Below are positions 51,192-60,458 of a stretch of 64,000 nucleotides of DNA, one piece after another (position 1 is the stretch's first letter; every line of letters starts with the position of its first letter). Position numbers and translations under genes: made by a program. This DNA comes from an uncultured Candidatus Binatia bacterium. Its GTDB lineage: Bacteria > Desulfobacterota > Binatia > HRBIN30. Below the pieces are notes generated by a model. It saw only the letters and a program-made list of their open reading frames with translations. It had not been told where the DNA came from and did no database searches. Location of the stretch: contig CAZGEJ010000008.1 of the NCBI GenBank assembly GCA_964524885.1, positions 53,462-117,461 on the forward strand. Reading direction: 5' to 3'.

Positions 51192-51515
51192 ATGGCACTG
51201 ACGCGAGATTTTCGCGACACCGTTCTCGAGCGGGCGCAGAGCGAACCGGCCTACCGGCGCGGCCTTCTGACCCGCGGGGTGGCGTTCATGGTGAGCGGTG
51301 ATGCGGAGGACCGCGCTGTCGGCCGGGCGCTGATCCGCTACTACATCAACGCGACGATCGGTTTCCAGCGACTCGGCGACGACCTCGGGTGCAAACCGCA
51401 GAGCTTGATGCGGATGTTCAGCAGCACCGGCACCCCCCGGCTCAACAGCCTCGCCGATGTCGTTCACCGCCTGCAGGAGCACGAAGGCATCCACCTCGAG
51501 GTTGCCGCGAAGTGA
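51192..51515 (+). CDS. Addiction-module antidote protein, HI1420 / HigA-like family (DNA-binding)
   Basis: MALTRDFRDTVLERAQSEPAYRRGLL...KPQSLMRMFSSTGTPRLNSLADVVHRLQEHEGIHLEV matches the TIGR02684-type antidote pattern (..SRESLYRALS.NGNPRLDTLLKVL.ALGL.L.V). Confidence 0.65.
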   Translation: MALTRDFRDTVLERAQSEPAYRRGLLTRGVAFMVSGDAEDRAVGRALIRYYINATIGFQRLGDDLGCKPQSLMRMFSSTGTPRLNSLADVVHRLQEHEGIHLEVAAK

Positions 51516-51747
51516 CGTTCAACGATTACCGTCGGTGCTCGAGGTGCATGAAGGTGGCCAGCCACCCAATTGCTGCCGAGGACCCCAGACACTCCCGACA
51601 GTGTCGTGAAGTGTAAGTGTCTTGCTTGTCCTACATTGCGCACAAAGGTAACGCCTAGCCGATAGTACGCCGTAGCGAGCTGTGGTAGGCGGGAGAGCCT
51701 TGGTCCAAGGGAACGAAGTCGCTCGCAGATCCTGGGGCCGCGTCGTA

Positions 51748-52206
51748 ATGGTCGTGCTTGGTTCCTGCATGTCGGTCCTGGCGTCCTGTGATTCCGCCAG
51801 TTCACCAAGCTCGGCAGCGCCGACAGCAAGTCCGAGCGCGACAGTAGCCGGAGTACACTCGCCGACCGCAAGCCCTGGCGCAACTTCGACAATGACGCCC
51901 GATCCAACACCAACACCCACCCATTCCCCGCCTTCGTTCGAGGTGTGCTTGGCAGCAAAGGCAAGGAATCGAGAAGACTGTCTTCGGAGCGGGGGCCAGT
52001 GGACTCGCAATTCAACATTCACCGACATCTGCGTCTGCCCGACCGGAGAAGGCGACGTTCCTTGCGAAAGCAACGCTCAGTGCCTGGCGGGCTGCGTTGC
52101 TTCTGCTCGGCGCGATTGTGTAGGCGTCTCGTTCTTTTGCGCCTCGCAAGCGCCGCTCGTAGGCTGCTTCTGCAGCCCTGGGGAGCGATTCGTTATTTGC
52201 GATTGA
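51748..52206 (+). CDS. Cys-rich lipoprotein (lipobox VLASC), unknown function
   Basis: MVVLGSCMSVLASCDSASSPSS... followed by a Thr/Pro/Ser linker and a Cys-rich C-terminal domain; it lies in a lower-GC stretch. Confidence 0.5.
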   Translation: MVVLGSCMSVLASCDSASSPSSAAPTASPSATVAGVHSPTASPGATSTMTPDPTPTPTHSPPSFEVCLAAKARNREDCLRSGGQWTRNSTFTDICVCPTGEGDVPCESNAQCLAGCVASARRDCVGVSFFCASQAPLVGCFCSPGERFVICD

Positions 52207-52230
52207 TTTCAAAACGGGGTAGCGTAACGC

Positions 52231-52256
52231 CAAGTGCTCGATAGGTTTCGAGAAAT
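52231..52256 (+). repeat. 26-bp direct repeat, copy 1 (CCAAGTGCTCGATAGGTTTCGAGAAA); copy 2 is at 54099-54124
   Basis: The two copies differ at 2 positions (cgatAGgttt versus cgatGAgttt) and flank a 1.85-kb segment. Confidence 0.8.
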
Positions 52257-52446
52257 GATCCTGCCGGACGTCAACGTCCTCGTGCACGATTACAACTCCA
52301 ACCTTCCGGCCGCCACTTCACGAACCTGCAGGCGGCGCTCAAGGTCGCGGCGCGCATCCGCTTCGCCTGGCGAAGCAGTTTCGAACGAGTGTGAAGGCAT
52401 CAGGTACCAATGGAACCTGCGCGGCGAAGGTTTCGGGCTCCCGTAG
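52234..52446 (+). pseudogene. Possible degraded vapC-like (PIN) toxin remnant
   Basis: Starts MILPDVNVLVHDYNSN (a PIN N-terminus-like sequence) and then loses coherence. It is preceded by an 11-nt spacer after a ...PSAR* mini-ORF end, which is the typical antitoxin-stop/toxin-start geometry. Confidence 0.3.
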
Positions 52447-53180
52447 TTGTATTCCTGGGGCTGGCAGCAATCGCCTCGGGGATGGCGGCGATCTATACGC
52501 TCCGATTCCCGGTGTACTTGTGGTTGAGCCATCTGTGGAGCGAGTCAGGGGCACGCGCTGCCGTGGGGTATGCCGCGATTGAAGCACCGAACATCGAAGC
52601 GGAATCGTTGTACGTATACGATTCGTTCCCGTATCCTCGCGTTGACATTACGAATCCGCGTTTCCAGCTCGGCGTGGTCGAATCGCCTGCTCTGTCCGGA
52701 CAGACGCCGGTGGAGATCGCTGTCAACCGCGCAAAGGCCTATCTGCGGGCGATCGCTCCGGAGATCGGACTCGCGCCGTTCGAGAGCTTGCGCGAAGTAT
52801 CCGTCTCCGCAGGGGCGCCGCCCTACAACTTCGTGGTCGTGCTCCAGCGGACGGTGGATGGTATCGATGTCGAGGGTGCGACTGCAATCGTCACGATCGG
52901 GCCGAACGACGAGGTCACAGGAGTCGTTGTCGCCCTGGTCAGACTGGATGACTCGGTCGCGTTGATTACCAGTGAGAGTGGTCTGAGCAAGAGCTCGATC
53001 GTTCGAGGAATGGCGTGGCTCACGGGTCAGTCGCCTGAAAGTATGTGGTGCGAGCGATACTTATCGGTGCAGGCACCGCATCTCCGGTGGAGGGTTACGT
53101 TCGGGCTGGAGGTCGTCACTGTAGATGCGATCACGGGTGCCTTCATTAGCTACGAACTGGGTCCGGGGTTCCTTCCGTAG
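52410..53180 (+). CDS. Hypothetical secreted or membrane-anchored protein (256 aa)
   Basis: ORF with an N-terminal hydrophobic segment VVVFLGLAAIASGMAAIYTL; no recognisable motif. Confidence 0.4.
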   Translation: MEPARRRFRAPVVVFLGLAAIASGMAAIYTLRFPVYLWLSHLWSESGARAAVGYAAIEAPNIEAESLYVYDSFPYPRVDITNPRFQLGVVESPALSGQTPVEIAVNRAKAYLRAIAPEIGLAPFESLREVSVSAGAPPYNFVVVLQRTVDGIDVEGATAIVTIGPNDEVTGVVVALVRLDDSVALITSESGLSKSSIVRGMAWLTGQSPESMWCERYLSVQAPHLRWRVTFGLEVVTVDAITGAFISYELGPGFLP

Positions 53181-53398
53181 CTTCAACAGGGGTGGCTGGA
53201 CAGTCCGAGCATCGGACGTAGTCCTCGCAGAAGTGGTCGATGCTGCCGTGATGGCGTCGGCTGCCGTGTTCGGTGCGCAAGGAGCTACTGCCGCGATCAT
53301 GCTACGTCCGACAAATTCCGTTCCCGGCGGAAACGCAGCTTGTACGGGCTGTCGGCCCAGTCTTCAGAGAGCCGGACAACGATCGCGACCACCCGCCA

Positions 53399-53701
53399 TC
53401 ATGCCGCCTCGGTCCGTTTCAGCGGCTTGATGTCGAGGATCGTCCGGGCGCTCGGCAGCGTCTTGAGATCATAGGCGGCCTGAAGGTTCAGCCAGAACTC
53501 GGCGCTACCGCCGAAATAGCGAGCGAGGCGGGCGGCGGTATCAGCCGTGACAGCGCGCCGCCCGAGCACGATGTCATTGATTCGCGACGCCGGCACCCGC
53601 AGCGCCATCGCCAGCGCGTGCGGGCTCATCTGCAGCGGCACCAGAAAGTCCTCGCGGAGAATCTCTCCGGGATGAATCGGACGCATACGATTTGTGGGCA
53701 T
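53399..53701 (-). CDS. higA: HigA antitoxin (XRE-family HTH)
   Basis: MPTNRMRPIHPGEILREDFLVPLQMS...INDIVLGRRAVTADTAARLARYFGGSAEFWLNLQAAYDL is the canonical HigA sequence; the start is taken at MPTN. Confidence 0.85.
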   Translation of the reverse strand: MPTNRMRPIHPGEILREDFLVPLQMSPHALAMALRVPASRINDIVLGRRAVTADTAARLARYFGGSAEFWLNLQAAYDLKTLPSARTILDIKPLKRTEAA

Positions 53702-53715
53702 GGTGTTCTCCCTCC

Positions 53716-53991
53716 TCAATGGTAATCCACGATCTCGACGTCCTCCGCGGCATCGGTCCAGCGGAAGCAAATCCGCCATTGATCGTTGATGCGGATGCTC
53801 CACTGGCCCTCCCGATCACCGGAGAGCTTCTCCAGTCGGTTGCCCGGCGGCGCGCGCAGATCACCGAGCTGGGTGGCCGCATCCAGCGCTTGGAGCCTGC
53901 GTTCGGCGACCGACCGAAACGCGCGAAATCGGGCAGGACACTTGCCGCCGTAGAGCGCCTCGGTGTCCTTGCCCCGGAAGGTCTTGATCAC
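53716..53991 (-). CDS. higB: HigB toxin (RelE/ParE superfamily plasmid-maintenance killer)
   Basis: VIKTFRGKDTEALYGGK...LDAATQLGDLRAPPGNRLEKLSGDREGQWSIRINDQWRICFRWTDAAEDVEIVDYH matches HigB. A GTG start is assumed; an in-frame ATG at 54075 would add 28 aa. Confidence 0.8.
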   Translation of the reverse strand: MIKTFRGKDTEALYGGKCPARFRAFRSVAERRLQALDAATQLGDLRAPPGNRLEKLSGDREGQWSIRINDQWRICFRWTDAAEDVEIVDYH

Positions 53992-54098
53992 GCCGGGAAG
54001 GTATACCGCGTTGCGGTAAGTGTCTAGCGGTATGCACGCGGGGGAGGGGTCAGGGTACGCGACGCAGGAGCGCATCCAATGGCGAATCGGGGTGGCAC

Positions 54099-54124
54099 CA
54101 CTCCAAGTGCTCGATGAGTTTCGA
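54099..54124 (+). repeat. 26-bp direct repeat, copy 2 (CCAAGTGCTCGATGAGTTTCGAGAAA)
   Basis: See copy 1. It is also preceded by a short ORF ending ...PSAR* (MANRGGTTPSAR*). Confidence 0.8.
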
Positions 54125-54662
54125 GAAAGGCGCGTGCCGGGGCTTGCGTTTGAGCTTGGGGGCGCGTTTCCGGGGGCGAAATGGCGGCGCAAGGTCCGCG
54201 GCGGTGGGGTGAATTCGCCGTGTCGGTGATCAGCGGGGCGAACGAGGTCGGTGCAGCGGCGTTCGACCATGGCGGTGCTCCGTGCCTGCGTCCAGCGTAC
54301 GACGTTCCCTTCTGATGCTGCCAAGGCGGACTCGGCGAAATCTAAGGCTCCTGGCTGCCACTGCGACTGTGCGCAGCGGAATGCGCGGCGCTTCGCGGCC
54401 GACGCTCGCTGCGAAGCCATCGGCTCGGGTCGACGCTCATCGGCGGCGAGAGCGCGTGCCGATGTTCTGGGTTGATCTTTTAAATCTGACGTGCGAGCAG
54501 TCCTCCTGAAGTATCTTGTAAGAAAAACTGATTCGGTCGCACGTCTTGCCGACGTGTTGCCCTAACGACAGGGCCTCCGCGGGGGAGGTCAGGCGCATCA
54601 CCGACGAAGCGCGTAGTCATCGGTTCCCGGCGACCACATCGCTTCGTAAAGGGAGGGATTCC

Positions 54663-57600
54663 GTGACCTCGACCCGAAACCTACTCTTCTTCTGGTTGCT
54701 GCTGGCCGCCGCTGCCCCCGCCTACGCAACGAGCTACACCTGGACCGCCGGAGGATTCGTCTCCGGGTCCGCAACCGTGTGGAGCAATCCCGCCAATTGG
54801 AACCCCAACGGCGTACCTGGACCCGGAGATGATGTCGTCATCGACGCCACCATCACCTCGGAGAACGTCTATCTCGACGTCAACGTCACCGTCCGCAACT
54901 ACACCCAGAGCGGACTCAACTTGTACGCAGATGGGAACCTCACCACGACCGGAACCCTGACGTGGCTGGGAGGCCAGATGCAGCGGGCCGGGCTCGCCAC
55001 CGGCGACATCAACGCCAACGGCCCGGTCCTCATCAGCGGCAGCGCATCCAAGATCCTCGGCCGCACATTCAATTGTAATGCCGGAGCGACGTGGACCGGT
55101 TCCGGCGACATCTTTCTCGGGCAGAACGTCGACAACGCAGTGCTCAACATCGCTGCTGGCACCGTCTTTGAGATCCGAGGTGATGCCACGTTCAAGGGCT
55201 CGCTGCTGAGCAACGGCAAGACGGGAACCATCAACAACGCCGGCACCTTGCGCAAGACGACCGCTACCGGGATCACCAAGGTGGAGTCACCGGTCGTCTT
55301 CAACAATACCGGCGCGACCGACATTCAGTCGGGAACCTTGGATCTGACCACCAACGCCACCTACAGCACCGGCACCTTCGGCGCCACGGGCGGCGGGGTG
55401 GTCGGCTTCAGCACCGGTACCCACACCATCCAACCGCCGGCGGCGTTCAATGGCAATACGCTGGTCAACGGCGCGACGGTGAGTTTCACCGGCACTTCGA
55501 ATGCCGTCGGCAGCCTGAGCGTTTCCTCGGGCACGCTGAACCTCAACACGACCGGCACCCTAACCGCCACGAGCATCGCGCCGGCCGGTGGCACGACGAA
55601 TTTCATCGGACCCGTCAACGCCGGGACCGTCAACGCGAGTGCCGGCACTTCGGCGATTACCGGTGCGCTCACCGCCGCGAACCTACAGCTGAGCGGCACC
55701 GCTACGGTCAACTTCACGGCGAGCACTCCAGCCCTGACAGACGTCAGCCTCTCGGGCGGAACTCTCACCTTCGATACCAGCGGCACTGCAGTCGCCGTCG
55801 GCAGCCTCACCCAAAGCGGCGGCACGCTGCAGGGCGCTGACGACGTCAACGTCACCGGTGCACTCAGCTATTCGGCAGGCACGATGGGCGGCACCGGCGC
55901 CACCAACGCCAACGGCGCGTGGTCGCTCAGCGGCACCGGAACCAAGACTCTTCGTCGTACCCTCAACAGCAATGCCGATGCGACTTGGATGAACGACGGC
56001 ACGCTGACCCTCGGAAACGGCGCGGTCGGCGGCGTGCTCAACATCGCCAACGGCACCACCTTCGACGCTCAGGGCAACGGGTCTTTCGCACTCGGAGCCA
56101 CCAGCGCCACGATCAACAACAGCGGTACCTTCCAGAAGAGCGTCGGTTCCGGCACCACCACGGTCGGCACGTCCGTCGTCTTCAACAACACCGGTGCCGT
56201 CGACGTCCAGACAGGCACCTTGTCGATCGGCTCCCCCGGAAATACCTATTCCGGAACCTTCGACGCCACCGGCGCGCAGTTGCGCCTCACCGCTGGCACG
56301 CACAACTTCGGCGGCGCGGCCTCGGTGACCGGTGGCCTGACCGTCGCTGGCGCGACCGTCAACTTCAACGGCACAGGCGCCACTCTCGGCAGCGTGACCG
56401 TCAGCAGCGGTACCCTCAACGTCTCGCCGAGCAGCGCCGTGGCCATCAGCAGCGTGAGCGTCTTGGGCGGTACGGCAAACTTCACGACGGCTGGGACGAC
56501 CATCGACAGCATCGGCATCACCAACGGAACCCTGAATCTCAGCACTTCGACCGCAACCAGCGCCACCAGCCTGACGATGAGCGGCGGAACACTGTCCGGC
56601 TCCGCCACTCTCCATGTATCCGGAGCGTTGGCTTGGTCTGGCGGCCTCATGAGCGGCACCGGCACGACCAACGCCAACGGGGCCTGGACCATGAGCGGTG
56701 TCGGGTCCAAGAGTCTTGGGCGAACGTTGAACAGCAATGCATCCGCCATCTGGACCGGGAGCGGCCCACTGGCTTTCAACGGCGGCGTGCTCAACATCGC
56801 GAGCGGCACGGTCCTCGACACCCAGGGCGACGCATCTATCTCGTTTAGCGCCGTGAGCGCTACCGTAAACAACAGCGGAACGTTCCAGAAATCGGGGGGC
56901 ACCGGCACCACCGCCGTCAACGCCAACGTCGTCTTCAACAATGGCGGCGTGGTGGACGCGCAAACCGGCACGATCACTTTCGGCAGCGGCGGCGGAACGC
57001 ATACCGGCTCCTTCGACGGTACCGGCGCGACCCTCAGCTTCACCGCCGGTACTCACACCTTCAGCGGCAATGCATCGGTGAGTGCCGCCAACTTCAGCGG
57101 CGCTACCGCCAACTTCACCGGTACCAGCGCGACTCTGAGCGCCATCACGCTCAGCGGCGGTACGGTGAACTTCAGCACCAGCAGTCCGTCGGTGAGCATC
57201 GCCGGATTGACGCAGAGCGGTGGGACGCTGAACGGGGCCGACGACGTCAACGTGAGCGGTGCGCTGTCGTGGACCGGCGGGACGATGAGTGGTACCGGCG
57301 CGACGAACGCCAACGGTACGCTCTCGATCTCCACGAGCACGGCGAAGATCCTGGGGCGTACCCTGAACAGCAACGGCACGGGAACATCGGGCACCTCGGT
57401 AAACCTTGGATTCAGCAGCGGCACCCTCAACATCGCGAGCGCGACGACGTTTACCGCGGATGCCGCGAGTTGGACTCTCGCGTCGACGGGCGGCACGGTG
57501 AACAACGCGGGAACCTTCATCAAGTCGACGGCGGGTGGCGCTGCGACGCTGACGTTCGCGTCCGGGATTGCCTTCCACAACAGCGGAACGGTGGATGTAC

Positions 57601-60242
57601 AAAGCGGCTCGCTAACGCTCCCCACCAGCGGCACGCACTCCGGTTCATTCGATGCCACCGGAGCGATGGTCACGTTCAGCGGCGGCACTCATACCTTCAC
57701 GGGCGGGAACGCGCTCACGGGCAGCTCGACGTTCAGCGGCGCCACGGCGAACTTCAACGGAACGACCTCGACCCTCGAAACCGTAACGCTCAGCAGCGGG
57801 ACCCTGCAAGGTTCGGGGACGGTAGACATTGGAACATTGACCTGGAGCGGCGGCACGATGGCCGGCACCGGTGTCACGAATGTGAACACTGCGTCGACGA
57901 TCAACGGCAGTGCGAGCAAAACTCTCGCTCGAACGCTGAACAGCAAAGGCACCGGCAACTTCACGCAAGGCAGCCTGGTGTTCGGCAGCAGCGGTGTCGG
58001 TGGCGTGCTCAACATTGCGGCGGGTACGACATTCAGTGTTTCCGGCGCACAGTTTCCGTCCCCATCGATCAGCCTCGGCGCGGTCAGCGGGGTGATCAAC
58101 AACGCCGGTTCGTTCGTCAAGTCGAATACGTCCGGCAGCGTGGCGATCGGTGCTGGTGTCGCGTTCAACAACAGCGGCACGGTCGACGTGGATGCCTCCG
58201 GTCTCATCCTGAGCGGCGGCGGCACCCATGCAGGATCCTTCGATGCTACGGGCCGGACCATCGAGTTCAACGGCGGGACCCATACCTTCACCGGGAGCGG
58301 CACTGTGATCGGCGGCGTCACCTTCACCAATAGCGGAACCTTCGACTTCACGGGCAGCGGGGCGACGCTCGGCAACGTCACCCTCAACAGCGGTACGGTG
58401 AGCCTCAACACCAGCAGCCCCACCGTCAGCGCCGCAAGCTGGATCCACAACGGCGGGACTCTCCAGGGCGCCAATCACCTGACGCTGAGCGGTGCGCTGA
58501 CCTGGTATGGTGGCTCGATCGTGGGTGGCGCGGATCTCACGGTCAACGGGGCTGCCACCATCGCCTTTTCGACGACGCTGGCGCGCAGGCTCAACGTCAA
58601 CGGGCCGGGCGGCACGCTCTCTCACACCCTCACCATGGGCGTCGGCGGCGTCGGCGGCGAACTCCATATCGGACCGGCCGGGGTACTCGTGGTTCAAGGT
58701 ACCACCGGGTCGATCAACTTCGGGGACACCAGCGCCGCAATCCACAATGCCGGCGTGCTCCAGCGCAGCAACGATACAGGCACGACCACCGTCGGCCCAG
58801 GGGTGACCTTCGAGAATTCCGGCACCGTTACCGCGACGCTCGGCACCCTGAACGTCGGCGGCGCGTACTCGCAGACGGCGGGGACGACCAGCATCAACGG
58901 TGGCTCCATCGTCGCGACGGGTCCCGTGAACGTGCAGGGCGGAACGATCGCGGGCTCCGGATCGCTGACGATGGACGTCGTCAATAGCGGCGGCACGCTG
59001 AGCCCCGGTGCATCACCAGGCTTGCTCACGTCGACCGGCGGTTACGGCCAAGGCACTGCTGCGACATACACGGTCGAGATCGGCGGCCTCATCGCGGGAA
59101 CGGAGTTTGACCAGACGACGTGGACTGCTCCCGTCACTCTCGACGGTACTCTCAACGTGAGCGTGATTTCGCCGTTCGTGCCAAACGCCGGCGACACCTT
59201 CGAGATCATGACCTTCCCGTCGCGCACGGGTACCTTTGCCACGGTCAACGGATTGATCGTCGGCAACGGCAAGGGCTTCACTCTCGACTATGGGGCCACC
59301 GCACTGAGGTTGACGACCATCGAAGAGATCTGTGGCGACTCGACCGACAACGACGGCGATACTTTGATCGATTGCCTCGATCCTAAATGCGCCGATGCGC
59401 TCTACTGCGTTGGGACCGCCACCCCGACGCAGACGCCGACTCCGACCATCACAGAGACCCCGACGCATACCGCGACCGTGACCCCGACCGAGGCCGCGAC
59501 GGCGACGCAAACGGCCACCGAGACGCCAACGGAGACGGCGACGCACACCGCGACGTCGACGCCGACCGAAACGCCGACCCCATCAGCGACCGACACCCCG
59601 ACAGCCGCGCCGACCGATACCGCGACTCTGACACCGTCTGCTTCTCCGACCGCGTCTGCTTCGCCGACACCGGCGGTCGGAACGAGCTGCCCTGCGGCGC
59701 CCGTGACCTGTCGCGACGGCGGCAAGGGATCGGTCGCGCTGAGCTACGATTCCGATCCCACAAAGCGCAAGTTTTCGTGGAAGTGGGGGAAAGGTCTGCT
59801 GACGAGCGAACAAGCGGATTTCGGCAATCCGGTGAGCGGAACACCGCGCTACACTCTCTGCCTCTACGACGAGAGTGCCGATATCCCTACGCTGGCGATG
59901 GAGCTCGAAGTGGACGCTCAGGGTACTTGCGACGACAAGCCGTGTTGGAAGCTAGTTTCCGACAAGGGCTGGGCTTACAAGAGCAAGAGCGGCAACGGCA
60001 GTGGAGTGCTGAAGGTCGCCTTCAAGGGTGGCGACGCCGGCAAACCTTCGCTGCGGGTATCCGCGAAGGGCGCGAGCCTGCCGCTGCCGACGCCGCTCAG
60101 CGGTAGCGAGTCCTTGGACCTCGACAGCAACGTCATCGTGCAGTGGCACGTCAGCGCCCCGGCCGGTTGCTGGCAGAGCGAATTCTCCCTCACGGGCGTG
60201 AAGAAGAACGACGGGGAAGACTTCAAAGCGGTCGCGCCGTAA
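54663..60242 (+). CDS. Large secreted beta-helix-like repeat protein (1859 aa): five ~290-aa tandem repeats, a CxDxDxDGD metal-binding-like Cys motif, a Thr/Pro linker and a C-terminal Cys-containing domain
   Basis: GTG start with GGGAGGG upstream and signal peptide LLFFWLLLAAAAPAYA. The repeated block is ...GTGxTNANGxWxxSGxGxKxLxRTLNSNAxAxWxxxGxLxxGNGAVGGVLNIAxGTxF...NNSGTFQKSxGxGTT.... Then comes EEICGDSTDNDGDTLIDCLDPKC, followed by (TPTxT)n. Confidence 0.75.
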   Translation: MTSTRNLLFFWLLLAAAAPAYATSYTWTAGGFVSGSATVWSNPANWNPNGVPGPGDDVVIDATITSENVYLDVNVTVRNYTQSGLNLYADGNLTTTGTLTWLGGQMQRAGLATGDINANGPVLISGSASKILGRTFNCNAGATWTGSGDIFLGQNVDNAVLNIAAGTVFEIRGDATFKGSLLSNGKTGTINNAGTLRKTTATGITKVESPVVFNNTGATDIQSGTLDLTTNATYSTGTFGATGGGVVGFSTGTHTIQPPAAFNGNTLVNGATVSFTGTSNAVGSLSVSSGTLNLNTTGTLTATSIAPAGGTTNFIGPVNAGTVNASAGTSAITGALTAANLQLSGTATVNFTASTPALTDVSLSGGTLTFDTSGTAVAVGSLTQSGGTLQGADDVNVTGALSYSAGTMGGTGATNANGAWSLSGTGTKTLRRTLNSNADATWMNDGTLTLGNGAVGGVLNIANGTTFDAQGNGSFALGATSATINNSGTFQKSVGSGTTTVGTSVVFNNTGAVDVQTGTLSIGSPGNTYSGTFDATGAQLRLTAGTHNFGGAASVTGGLTVAGATVNFNGTGATLGSVTVSSGTLNVSPSSAVAISSVSVLGGTANFTTAGTTIDSIGITNGTLNLSTSTATSATSLTMSGGTLSGSATLHVSGALAWSGGLMSGTGTTNANGAWTMSGVGSKSLGRTLNSNASAIWTGSGPLAFNGGVLNIASGTVLDTQGDASISFSAVSATVNNSGTFQKSGGTGTTAVNANVVFNNGGVVDAQTGTITFGSGGGTHTGSFDGTGATLSFTAGTHTFSGNASVSAANFSGATANFTGTSATLSAITLSGGTVNFSTSSPSVSIAGLTQSGGTLNGADDVNVSGALSWTGGTMSGTGATNANGTLSISTSTAKILGRTLNSNGTGTSGTSVNLGFSSGTLNIASATTFTADAASWTLASTGGTVNNAGTFIKSTAGGAATLTFASGIAFHNSGTVDVQSGSLTLPTSGTHSGSFDATGAMVTFSGGTHTFTGGNALTGSSTFSGATANFNGTTSTLETVTLSSGTLQGSGTVDIGTLTWSGGTMAGTGVTNVNTASTINGSASKTLARTLNSKGTGNFTQGSLVFGSSGVGGVLNIAAGTTFSVSGAQFPSPSISLGAVSGVINNAGSFVKSNTSGSVAIGAGVAFNNSGTVDVDASGLILSGGGTHAGSFDATGRTIEFNGGTHTFTGSGTVIGGVTFTNSGTFDFTGSGATLGNVTLNSGTVSLNTSSPTVSAASWIHNGGTLQGANHLTLSGALTWYGGSIVGGADLTVNGAATIAFSTTLARRLNVNGPGGTLSHTLTMGVGGVGGELHIGPAGVLVVQGTTGSINFGDTSAAIHNAGVLQRSNDTGTTTVGPGVTFENSGTVTATLGTLNVGGAYSQTAGTTSINGGSIVATGPVNVQGGTIAGSGSLTMDVVNSGGTLSPGASPGLLTSTGGYGQGTAATYTVEIGGLIAGTEFDQTTWTAPVTLDGTLNVSVISPFVPNAGDTFEIMTFPSRTGTFATVNGLIVGNGKGFTLDYGATALRLTTIEEICGDSTDNDGDTLIDCLDPKCADALYCVGTATPTQTPTPTITETPTHTATVTPTEAATATQTATETPTETATHTATSTPTETPTPSATDTPTAAPTDTATLTPSASPTASASPTPAVGTSCPAAPVTCRDGGKGSVALSYDSDPTKRKFSWKWGKGLLTSEQADFGNPVSGTPRYTLCLYDESADIPTLAMELEVDAQGTCDDKPCWKLVSDKGWAYKSKSGNGSGVLKVAFKGGDAGKPSLRVSAKGASLPLPTPLSGSESLDLDSNVIVQWHVSAPAGCWQSEFSLTGVKKNDGEDFKAVAP

Positions 60243-60458
60243 CCGCCGGCTTCGACCGGCGAGGCTGTCGGCGTTCCAACAGCAAGCTTTTGCCGCTGAT
60301 GCACGCGGATGGACTGCCGGACCTCGATCAGAAGTTCCCAATCGTGGTAGTCGAGGAAGGCCTCGCAACAGAGGCGGCCCCCGCGTCGGCAGCGTCGGCC
60401 GTGCGACGCCGGGGCCGGCCCTGTTCGTGGGGCCGGCCCGCGGCCGAGCCATCTCGGG

